Source of the DNA: Lama guanicoe
Taxonomy: Eukaryota
DNA length: 64,000 bases
Direction: 5' to 3'
Assembly (NCBI GenBank): GCA_013239625.1
Contig: MU054001.1
Location: 6,621,078-6,685,077, forward strand
In this document: one piece after another, positions 1 to 10,714 of the stretch
How positions within the stretch are numbered: position 1 is the first letter of the stretch
Layout of the letters: each line of letters begins with the position of its first letter
Program-made: the position numbers and the translations under genes
Notes under the pieces: generated by a model
Databases searched by the model: none
Seen by the model: only the letters and a program-made list of their open reading frames with translations
What the model was told of the DNA's origin: nothing

Positions 1-1812
1 CCAAAGGTAAGTATGACAACTATGTCTCAGTAAATAGAAAATATGAATAAAGAGATAAAGATCATTTTTAAAAATCAAATAAAAATTCTGGAGTTGAAAA
101 TTTCAGTAATGAAATTAAAAGTTCTGTAGAGGACTCAACAACAGATTTGAGCTGGCAGAAGAATCAGCAGATTTGAATATAAGTCAACAGAGAGTATACA
201 GAAATAAAAAAAAAAAAAACCACACAAATGAACCTCAGAGACCTGTGGGGCCACCATCAAGCATACCAACATGTGCATAAATGGAGTCTTAGAAGAAAAA
301 GAAAAGGGAAGAATAAACATCTGAAGAAATAATGGCTGAAACTGTCCAAATTTGATGAAAAACATTAACCTGCACATATAAGAAGCTCAACAAACTCAAA
401 GTTGTATAAATTTAGAGATCCGCACTGAGACACATAGTCAAACTGTCAAAAAGCAAAGGCAAAAAGAGACTCTTCCCAGCAGCAAGAGGGACATAATTTG
501 TCACATACAAGAGAGCCCCAACAAGATTAACAGCTGACTTCTCATCAGAAATCATGGAGGCCAGAAGGGGTTGATACAGTCAAAGTGCTGAAAGGGAAAA
601 AAAAACCTATCAATCAAGAATTCTATATCTGGCAAAGCTATCCTTCAGAGATGAAGATTTTAGACATTCCTAAACAAACAAAAATAGAATTCATCACTAA
701 TAGACCTGCCATACAAGAAATACTAAAGAGAGCCCTTAACTGAACTGAGAGGACAACCAGACAATAACTCAAACCCACACCAATAAGTGAAAAACACCAG
801 TAAGACTACAGATAAGTATAAATATAGTTTACATATTTTTGTTATATAGTACCTCTTATTTCTTCAGCTGATTGAAAAATATAACTGCGTAAAGTAACAA
901 TACAAATTTGTGTTGATGGGCTGATAATACATAAAAATATAATTTGTGTAACAACAATAGCACAAAGGAGCAGGGAGGGAACATAGCTATATTAGAGCAA
1001 AGTTGTTATATACATCGGGTATTAAGTTGTTTTGTTAATATGCTAGTCACAATCCTCAGGGCAGCCACTAAGAAAATAGCTCAGAAAATAAATAACGAAA
1101 GAAACGACTAGGGAATTAAAATGGTATAATTGAAAGCAGTTAACAAAAGCAAGCAACGATGGAGGAGTAGAAGAGTTAAAAAGACATAGAAAACCAACAG
1201 CAAATAGCAAGCAAAAGTCCTACCGTATCAGTAATTACATTGAATGTAAATGGAATAAACACCCCTATCAAAAGGCAGAGATTGGTAGAGTGGAAAATAA
1301 AATACAACTCAACGAGGTGCTATCTACACGAGAAGCACTTTAGATTCAAAGATACAAATAAGTTGAAAGTTAAAAAAAAAAAACTAAATTATACCATGCA
1401 AAGAGTAACTGAAAAAGAGTTGGAGTAACCATTCTAATATCAGACAAAACGAGACACGTTTTGACAAAAATTGTTACTAGAGGCAAAGGACATTTTATGA
1501 TAATAAAAAGGTCAATCCATAAGGAAGATATAATAACTACAGAGACATACATGCCTAAAAACAGAGCCCCCAAAATACATAATTAAGAGAAATCAATAAT
1601 TCAGCAATAAATAATTGTAGACTTTATTACCCCACTTTTGATAATGTATTAAATAACTATGCAAAAGATCAATAAGAGAAAAATGACACCATAAACCAAC
1701 TAAACGTAGCAGACTTGTATATAACACTCCATCCAACAACAGCTTTATACTTTAAATGGGTGATGTTTATGGTATGTGAATTATATCTCAGTAAAGCTGT
1801 TTTCTTTAAAAA
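1..1812 (+). mobile_element. Old L1 (L1M-type): degenerate ORF1, ORF2 endonuclease start and a short 3' end
   Basis: ORF1-like sequence; NVNGINTPIKRQRL endonuclease motif at 1240; L1MB/MC-type terminus gtatgtgaattatatctcagtaaagctg at about 1770-1800. Confidence 0.9.
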
Positions 1813-1975
1813 GTGAATTACTACTATTAATGAGCTGAGCATTTCGTTTTACATTTTTATCCTTAAAGATAAGTTCTAGCACCTAAGTTTTTAACATTTT
1901 ATCATTTTAATATTTGATGAAAACATTGTGTCCAAAGATGTGTTGTTCTTTTGTTTGTTTGTTTTATCAATTTAG

Positions 1976-2100
1976 CTGGACAACTCAGCCAGTCAGCACA
2001 CTTAGCTCTCCAACTGCCATACAATGTACTTGGTTTAGGTCGAAGTGCAAATTTTCTTGATCATCTTTATGTTGGTATTCCTCGCCCATCTGGAGAGAAG
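1976..2100 (+). CDS. ITFG1: ITFG1 coding exon (fourth from last; probably exon 15)
   Basis: tttag|CTGGA...GAGAAG|gtgagt; translates (A)GQLSQSAHLALQLPYNVLGLGRSANFLDHLYVGIPRPSGEK, recognised as ITFG1/TIP. Confidence 0.97.
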
Positions 2101-2682
2101 GTGAGTAAAAATTTATTTGGCTTACAATTAATCTGTTTTTAATATTCACTATACAATTATTTGAATTTGAATATTTTTATTTCCTATAAAGATTTTTTAA
2201 ATTCATTGGTAGTGATCGATCTAAGCTTATGTTACATAGAGCACATCATACTTGGAAGATAGTTCTCTACCACATCTCTATAGACCTCAAGACCTGCTAC
2301 CCCTCTTTCCTTATCATTTTCACCATCTAACATATCAAATGTTCTTGTTTATTGTCAGGCTCTACCTCAACTTGAATTGTTATTCCAAAGCAGCATTTGT
2401 ACATAGCACTTTGAACAGTGCCTGCTGCATAAGTATATTCAGTTAATACTTGTTCAGTTAATGAATCCATGAGACAAAAATATAGTCCTTCCCTGAAAAG
2501 ATCAAGAAATGTTTGCCAATAGGAGCCCTATTTGGGGCCTAATATATGTAAATTCGGATTAAGCCACACCTAAAATTTCAGTTAATCAAAGAGTAATTAA
2601 ACTTTTTCCCCTATTTATTTAGAATAATAATTGTGTTTTTCAAGTGTACTAAATGTTAAATGTTCTTAAATTCTTTTTCCAG

Positions 2683-2765
2683 TCTATACGAAAACAGGAA
2701 TGGACTGCAATCATTCCAAATTCTCAGCTAATTGTCATTCCATATCCTCACAGTGTTCCTCGAAG
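2683..2765 (+). CDS. ITFG1: ITFG1 coding exon (probably exon 16)
   Basis: ttccag|TCT...CGAAG|gtaatg; SIRKQEWTAIIPNSQLIVIPYPHSVPR(S), phase-compatible with flanking exons. Confidence 0.97.
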
Positions 2766-3059
2766 GTAATGTCCTTGCTTGAACTGAGTTTGGTAAAAAT
2801 ATTGTCAACTCTGAATCATGGATACAGTTACATTTCTTTGAAAACTCTCTCTACTCCTCCTGTGTTCCCATGAGTGCCATCACTTAATTTGCTTACAGCA
2901 AACCTTAAATAGCTAAACATACCTACATAAAAGGTGCCTGACATTTTTCACAAAGAACAAATTTTAAACATTATTAGAAAAAACAGCAGGTTAGCTAATT
3001 AGGGATTTATACATATTCTGCTTAAATAAACTGGTCTTCAGTTTACTGGCTATAAATTC

Positions 3060-3815
3060 TAAAATATTCCCCACCCTGTACATTTCATACCTGTGACTCA
3101 TTTACTTTGTAACTGAAAAGTTTGTACCTCTCAGACTCCCTCATCTATTTCTCTCCTCCCCTCACCCTTCTCCCCTCTGGCAACCACTTACTTATTCTTG
3201 GTATCTATAACTCTGCTTCTGTTCTGTTCTGTTTGTTCATTTGTCTTTTTAGATTCCACATATAAGTGAAATCATATAGTGTCTTTCTCTATCACTTGCA
3301 TAGTACCCTCTAGGTCCATTCATGTCGTCACACATGGCAGGATTTCATTCTTTTCTGTGGCTGAGTAATATTCCATTGTGTGTATGTGGGTGTGTATATA
3401 CGAGAGAGAGAGAGAGAGATAACATCTTTTTTATCCCTTCATCTGTTGGTGGGCACTTAGGTTGCTTCCATTTATCTTGGCTACTGTAAATAATGCTGCA
3501 GTGAACATAGGGGTGCGTGTATCTTTTCTAATTAATGTTTTTCATTTTCTTTGGATAAATACCAAGGTAGAAATGCTGGATCATATGATAGTTCTATTTT
3601 TAATTTTCTGGGGAATCTCCATACTATATCTATTTTAAAATGGGCAGAGGATCTGAATAGACATTTTCCCAAAGAAGACATACAGATAGCCAACAGGCTC
3701 ATGAAAAGATGCTCAACAGCACTAGTCATCAGGGAAATGCAAATCAAAACCACAGTGGGATGTCACTTGACACCTGTCAGAATGGCTGTTATCAAAAAGG
3801 CAACAAATGCCAAGT
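3060..3815 (-). mobile_element. L1 3' fragment with inverted 5' segment
   Basis: Antisense L1 3'UTR/ORF2 end to about 3627, then sense ORF2 ([16 protein letters not shown]...REMQIKTT) from about 3632. Confidence 0.88.
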
Positions 3816-3861
3816 ACAGGCTGTACTGTTCTTTGTTAAATTTTCAGTTAGGCTATTTTAG

Positions 3862-4042
3862 ATGATTTGCTAGAACCAACTCATGCCACCGCATGAGCTG
3901 ACTGTGTGCCTCTCTTTCCAATTCTGTTCAGTGAGGTCACATTAAAATCAGCTATAACGGGACTATTTACACCATGAAAATTACCAAGTGCCAATCAGAG
4001 CCTTTTTTCTGCCAGAGAGCCAGTTTACCTGCACACCACTGG
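3862..4042. mobile_element. hAT DNA-transposon relic (MER63A-like)
   Basis: Ends gagagccagtttacctgcacaccactgg, matching the MER63 terminal repeat; about 180 bp. Confidence 0.65.
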
Positions 4043-5650
4043 ATATATTTTATGGTGGACACATGGGCTTTAGAACCAAACTAATTACTAAAACAACTTT
4101 TTTACAGCATTAAGCTTGAAATAACATCAATAAAAACAATTATAGTCTGAGTTCAGATTTTTTTAATGAGTCTATTAAAAATCTGAATTATTTAACAAAA
4201 CTTATCTGTGTAAGTAAGAAACTACTTGAATTATAGTACTTCTATATTATGCAATATTGTGACATAGAACAAGTTCTTAAAATACACTGGTAAAACAAAA
4301 GACAATAAAAGGAAAATGCATTTAGCGTTATGTATGATAAGAAACCATTTGTGGCTTTAAGAAGATTATCTACATGTATACGTTTATATATGTGTAGAAT
4401 ATCCCTGGAAGGATATGCAAGAAACTGAGAAGAAATGATTGCTTCTGAGCGAGAAGGTGAGGGTGAGGATTCTCCAAAGGTTTTCTTACCAAAATTCCTG
4501 TATTTATGGGTTTTTTAAATCTATTTTAAAATTAGAGTTCCCCAAAAAAAATCTCATGAAAGGACTTTTTTTAAGTATAAGGTAAGTACTGAGAATAGCT
4601 AACCTCAGCTAATTAATAGTATTTGTTTTCTTAAGGTTTTCTTGCTCTTGAATTTCTAGGAAATTCTTTTATAGCCTTTATTCCATAATCTCAACATTTT
4701 TTCATGTTTCTCTTGCTGTGTCTAAAGAAATATTCTTTTCAAATTTATGTACATAATAAAAACCAAATTGATTTTAGTTTGAGGTACATTTTGAGATTTA
4801 TTGACTAGAGGCTAACTTATGGATCAGTAAATTTTAATTATCCCAAAATAAGTCAATCGCTACTTGCTATTTATCAGAATGGTCTTACTTTTATTAAACT
4901 TTTAAAATGAAAATATATCCATCATCTATTTTCAGAGAGAACAAAAAGTTCTTTGTATATAACTACCTGCAGTGTTGGTGATACAGACCTCAGTTTTAGG
5001 CTTTCCGAGGTTTGCAACTGCTGTATTATGTAGACTGTTTTAGAAGAAAGAGCTAGTTCTATTTATGCTAAAGTCTGTATATTCCCATTAATGTTGAGGG
5101 ACTAAAAGTGTTTTTGTAAGAAGTCACTGTAATAATGTAAACCCTCCAACATGACACTTCGCACAAGCATCTATCTATACTCATTGGACATATGGTTGTT
5201 TTACTTAGTCATAGTACATATGTGAACAGGAGTCAAAAAATAAGATATAGAAGTCTTACCAAAATCATGTAACTACACAGCCTTAGTGTTAAGGTTTACA
5301 AATTCAGCAAATCAAATAATGTAAAAACAATGTCTAAGATTGCCCAAAGTACCCCCAATACGTCTACTTAAGAATAATTCTCACAGAATCAAAAAAAAAT
5401 CAAAGTATCTCATCAAAAATTCTATTCTATTTCAGTTCTCTGAGTAAAGTCTAAATTCTGCTGAATCTTCAATTAGCCCTACGTAATTTAATTGCTTTTG
5501 TTTTATTTATGATGAATGGGTAGATGGGGGATGAATTAATGAACAAATTGACTGATTCATTAATTAAAAGCTATTTTGCTTTTTGGTCTCTGTAGAATGT
5601 TGTTATTTTTAAGTTACAGTGTGTAATTTTAATTCTGTTTCTGTTTACAG

Positions 5651-5768
5651 CTGGAGCGCCAAGCTGTACCTTACACCAAGCAACATCGTCCTGCTTACTG
5701 CCATCGCGCTCATCGGTGTCTGTGTTTTCATCCTGGCAATAATTGGCATTTTACATTGGCAGGAAAAG
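5651..5768 (+). CDS. ITFG1: ITFG1 coding exon encoding the transmembrane helix (probably exon 17)
   Basis: ttacag|CTGG...GAAAAG|gtttgt; WSAKLYLTPSNIVLLTAIALIGVCVFILAIIGILHWQEK. Confidence 0.97.
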
Positions 5769-6999
5769 GTTTGTTCATTTAAATGAAACATTAACTTTGG
5801 TTAATTTATAATAGTAACATGTTGCTCTTTAAAAACACTATATTTTCAACTTTTGCATATGACTCAGATTTTCTGATTTTTTTCAGTTCTATCCATGTCA
5901 TCTTATTGATAATTTCTTTTACCCCCTTAAGTTACTAATGCCTCTTAGCAATTCCTAAAAATCATAGAAGACCGTGTAGTTTAAAACTTTGATGCTATAC
6001 AGTAGTAATAAAGTGATCACCCCAAATCACCAGGTGTGTAGAAAAGCTTAATTAGAAGTAGTTTCATAATGGCCTAAAAAAACAATAATCATTTTTTAAA
6101 AGAGCCTGTGTCTCTTATTGATAGAACCGTGGACACTTTTTTCTGAGAATAACAGCTATCTCTTTATAAAAAAATTAGAGCAGAGAGAAGTTAAATGGTT
6201 TTCTCAAAGCTTAGGAAGTGAAACAACATCTTTTTCATCTATCAAGTACTCTGCACTAAACTTAGCTGATTTCTGGTCTTCGGTATAACACTCTAATTTT
6301 TTAAAACTCCAAAGATGTAGTCTGTCATATAATGTTTATGAGAATAAGAAAGGCTATCACATAAATTTATTAGCAGTTTAGATATAAATTGAAAAAGCTA
6401 ATTTCCCTTTGTGTATGAATATATATTCAGTACATAACTAGCAGGTCCCAATGATGTTCTTCAAAAAGAGCTTCTTTGTGTCACAGAAGTATATTTTGAG
6501 GGGCACCTATTTTGTTTGGATTGTCATGCCCATGATACTCATTTTTTTGTTAACTAAAATTAGTTTTATTTTAGCTGTTAGCTTTTTTAGCTTATGTAAA
6601 AGAGAACATGTTATTTGTTCTGATAAATGTTCATAGGTTTGTTTCTCAAAAAAAATCACTCCTTTCATATAAAAATTATAACATAGAGTTACATATTCTG
6701 TTAATTTTAAGATTGCAACCTAAGAGGTAAGGTCAAAGGTGACCCTATGTTCTTTTGTCCAGAAGTGTCAGAATACAGTCTGAAGTATTACATAGCTCTA
6801 GACCTATGAAGGAAATTAATTTTATTAATTTCACAGGAGATCTGCTTACAATGTAAACATTGTGGGCTTACAATAATAATGATGCAGTGGCCAAAAACTA
6901 AAATACATATTTGTATACTGCCTCCTTTATGGTTGTGTTTCTTCTCCTGCCTTTGACCACTTCTCGTTCACCTATGCAGGCTGCTCCTTCTGACAGCGC

Positions 7000-7855
7000 C
7001 CACCCCAGGCCCTCTTCTATATACACTTTCCCTGCCAGTCTCATCTAAAACCAGGGTGTGAGCTCAGATATGCCCAGCCCTCGTCTCTCTCTAAAGGTCT
7101 CCCCCCATTTCCAGCTGTCGCCACGACATTTCTACCTAGATCACTTACAGGCAACTTAAAACCAGTTTTCTAAAGCTGTCTCTGTCTTCCTTCTTACTAC
7201 AGGATTTAATCAGTGGCCCTACTGATTCTGCCCCCATAGAATCTCTGCAGCTGGCTCCACTTCTGAATTCCTCATACCAGTGCTTTGACTTAGTTCAGCT
7301 CCTTTTTATCTCCCGCCTGCCCTCCCAGATTCCATTCTCTCCCCTTTCACTCCATTGGTCACAGTGCTGCCAGATTGCTATTGTCGTTAAGTTAGTCCTA
7401 ATCATGTCACTCTTCTGCTCAGGAACCTCTAGTGACTACCCCTGCCGAAACTGTGTCAAGCCCTGAGCCTAGCCTTCGTGGCGCTTGCATGCCGCTCCAC
7501 CGCGTGCACCTCTCCAGCCTCTCATGCCATGCTCCTGCCAGCCCTCCATGACTGCTCCTGTTCTTCCCCCATCGCATTGCCCATGTCCCTCCCTTCCATT
7601 TCTCTAAGTACTGTCTCTTCAGAGTTTTTCCTCGCCTCATGCCAACCTAAAACTAATCTCTCTCAGAATATTGGTAACATTTTTCACTTTTAATCCTGAA
7701 GTACAGTTATTTGGTATGTTTTGCTTTTTTCGTTCTAGGCTTTAGTAAATTCCTTGAGAACAAGATACAAAACTGAGGGTTTTTTTAATCCCTCAAAATT
7801 TCAAGCACAGTACTTTGCTGGGAGCAGAGGATCAATAAATTTATGCAAAATCAAT
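7000..7855 (+). mobile_element. L2 remnant
   Basis: Pyrimidine-rich L2 3' region (catgtcactcttctgctcaggaacctctagtgact) ending in a caataaat-type L2 tail. Confidence 0.7.
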
Positions 7856-8226
7856 AGGTTAACCACAAAATACTTAATGTACTTGGTTAGTTCAGATTCC
7901 CATATTTACATCAGTGTTAAGAATGGGCAAAATGTAATAGTTGATTCCATTCTTAGAAAAATCTGTTTACTCCTGCTTTCAAATAAATAATAAATAGCAA
8001 ACTAAGCATTTAAGAAACATTTCTTGTTGGTTTTCTAAATTCAATTTAGTGGGTCATTAATTACAAAATAGCTACTGTAAACTACAAAAATATTTCATAA
8101 GATTATTGTACAAAAAAATCATACCTTTTATCTACTAATTGCTTTTAATTTACCATTTTGTATTTCAGAAAGTCTTTTCTTGACATTTTCCTATTGCTTA
8201 TAAACTAGTCTAAAATTCTTTTTCAG

Positions 8227-8286
8227 AAAGCAGATGATAGAGAAAAGCGACAAGAAGCCCATCGATTTCACTTTGATGCTATGTGA
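8227..8286 (+). CDS. ITFG1: ITFG1 terminal coding exon (cytoplasmic tail and stop)
   Basis: ctttttcag|AAA GCA...ATG TGA; KADDREKRQEAHRFHFDAM*, the conserved ITFG1/LINKIN C-terminus. Confidence 0.97.
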   Translation, partial: KADDREKRQEAHRFHFDAM

Positions 8287-8608
8287 CTTGCCTTTAATAC
8301 TGCATAATGGAGCATCTATTCACTTGATTAATTGAAATACTAAACTTGGCTTATAGAAGAAAATAGGGGATTTCAAATATTATTTATAAATGATGCATCC
8401 CTTGATAATTATTGGAAAGTATTCAAATAAATATGGTCTGAATGTGTTACAAGGTCTTTTTTTAAAGCACTTTGTATATAATAATTTGGGTTCTTTTTTC
8501 AATTGTGCTGTACATTTTTGTTCCTTTGTGGAATGTGTTGCATGTACTCAGGTGTTTTACGTATTTATAATCTTATTAGAATACTGATGATGGGAAAAGA
8601 CATGTGTA

Positions 8609-8614
8609 AATAAA
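8609..8614 (+). terminator. ITFG1 proximal polyadenylation signal
   Basis: AATAAA with upstream TGTA motifs and a G/T-rich tract (gggttttttgtgg) about 20 nt downstream. Confidence 0.6.
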
Positions 8615-8769
8615 AATACTTAAATGAACAGGGTTTTTTGTGGTCCACTTGAATTGGTCTTGCTTCTTATTCTAATGATGCAAATTATAGCTTTGTGAAT
8701 GTATCACAGATAAAGTTGTTAACTCTTCACCTTCATCACAGCAGGTGAGGGGTCCCTCACTGCTGGCGT

Positions 8770-9030
8770 ACAATATAGTGATTTGGTACTCTGACTTTGG
8801 AATCACAGTCAGACTTGCCTTAAACTCCTGGTTACCCCACTTACTAGCTGTTTGACCTTGGCTAATTACTTAACCTTTGTAAGCCTCAGTTTTCTTATTT
8901 ATAAACAGGGCTAATGTTACTACTTTCTCGAGTTTCTTTATACATTAAATGGAGTGATGTATGGAAAGTACCTAGCTTGGTGCCTGGCACAGAGTAAGTG
9001 TTCAGTAAGTGTCAGTGACCATTACTACTA
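8770..9030 (+). mobile_element. Near full-length MIR SINE inside the ITFG1 3'UTR
   Basis: MIR core ccacttactagctgtttgaccttggctaattacttaacct...cctcagttttc and tail gtgcctggcacagagtaagtgttcagtaa. Confidence 0.88.
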
Positions 9031-9653
9031 TTTTTTAATCTTTTTACAGACTTCTACAGTTAATTATCAAAATGTATAGACTTGATAGAATTTTATTTTC
9101 AGGTATAAGGAAATCACAGTCTTTGAAAAATCTAAATTCTTGGTGGTTGCCACCCTATATAAAGATTTATTTAAAAAAAGATTTATTATTTGCTTATATT
9201 AACTAAAAAATATATCAATATACCCTCCAAGAATTGATGTGCCCTAATAATTTTCATTTGAACACTGATCTTAATCATGTGATAATGAAGAGCATTTGAT
9301 TTCTTGAAAGGAAACTGCTGAAGATAGTATCTGAGAATGCAAATCTTGAATCACATTTCTACTCTCAAAAGCTTTTAAGAGTCCATAATTTACATTCAAA
9401 CTTCAGTGCAAATTTTTTGAACTTCACTTCACCAAAAAGTTACTTTAGGACTTACATGTAAGATTGGGAAAAAACTGTATCAGTGTTAATAATTTTCTAA
9501 TATGAAATAGACATGTGATGGCTATAAAACAAAAATTTATCTGAAAACAACTAATTTCCTTCTTCATGTTATTTTTTCCTTCACAGTTCACTGAGAATGG
9601 CATGTGTACAAGTGGTGTACTTTGTGTATCTAAGCATGTTAATATGTCTTCTT

Positions 9654-9659
9654 AATAAA
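9654..9659 (+). terminator. ITFG1 distal polyadenylation signal
   Basis: AATAAA preceded by three TGTA (CFIm-type) motifs within 9601-9630 and followed by T/GT-rich sequence. Confidence 0.65.
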
Positions 9660-10117
9660 CATTCTGTATTGAAACAAAATATTTTGATGAGTGTGTAAAT
9701 AATTACTTTGGAGCATGATGAGCCTTAGAGGATATGAGGTCTAACTCACTTATCTGGAAAGAGGTAAAGTGACCTGCCTCTCAGGACAAGATAGGCATCT
9801 TCTGACTACAGTACCCAGTTAAATTCACTGAACATTTATCAACCCACAACACCATATCAGGCACCATTCCACATTCTCCCTAAAGACGGTTAGACTTAGT
9901 ATCTATCAACTGAGGCAGCACGAATTTTAAAACTCATTTGTAGTCAGGGTCTATGAGGAGTAGCATTACAGGCAAATAAAATGTTAATGACAATTAAAAA
10001 TACAATCAGTGACTAAGCTGTGTTTCTGTACCTTGATACTAACCTTCAGTGCCACATCAGTGTCATTTATTAAGGGGCAGCAGGTGAAAAATGTGTCACA
10101 ACATTGAGAATCAAATA

Positions 10118-10331
10118 CAGTTGAGCCTTGAACAAAATGGGTTTGAACTGTGCAAGTCCACTTTTAAGTGGGTTTTTTCAATAAATATGTATTACAGTAC
10201 TGCATGATTGGTTGAATCCACAACCAATCTGGAATCTCAGATACAGAGGGCCAACAGTAAAGTTATACTCAGATTTTCAACTGCACAGAAGGTCGGCATC
10301 CCTAACCCCCACACTGTTCAAGAGCCAACTG
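10118..10331. mobile_element. Tigger2-derived MITE (Tigger2a/MER8 family)
   Basis: TA|cagttgagccttgaaca...tgttcaagagccaactg|TA: terminal inverted repeats with a TA target duplication. Confidence 0.88.
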
Positions 10332-10344
10332 TATAAAGACCCTT

Positions 10345-10555
10345 AAATTAATTTAGTGGAAAGAGCACAAGACTCTGAGGTCAGACTAACTGGGATTCAG
10401 AGCCTAACTCTCCCATTTTGTGACCTTTAGTCGGCTGCTTTACCTCTTTGAACTTTGGTTTCTTCATCTGTAAAACAAGGGTAGTAAGGGATACCTACCC
10501 TAAAAGACTGTTTTGAGTCTTAAATGGCAATATGTGCATAGAGGTACTTGATCAG
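10345..10555 (+). mobile_element. MIR SINE
   Basis: gtggaaagagcacaagactctg...tgtgaccttt...tttcttcatctgtaaaa core. Confidence 0.8.
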
Positions 10556-10714
10556 TGCTGGTTCTTTTTTTCCTCCCATTTCCCATTGCATGAAAAACAG
10601 TAACATTTTCTGACTCTCTTCCACCCACCTGTACTTCTGTAATCCTCCTCCTTTTGGGAATTAGCGGGAGTAATTAAGACTTTAATAATAATTTTGAAGA
10701 TAAAAATTACAGTA

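Larger units (their letters stand above)
8287..9680 (+). other. ITFG1: ITFG1 3'UTR (long form; end approximate)
   Basis: Follows the TGA; AATAAA at 8426, 8609 and 9654. Confidence 0.7.
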
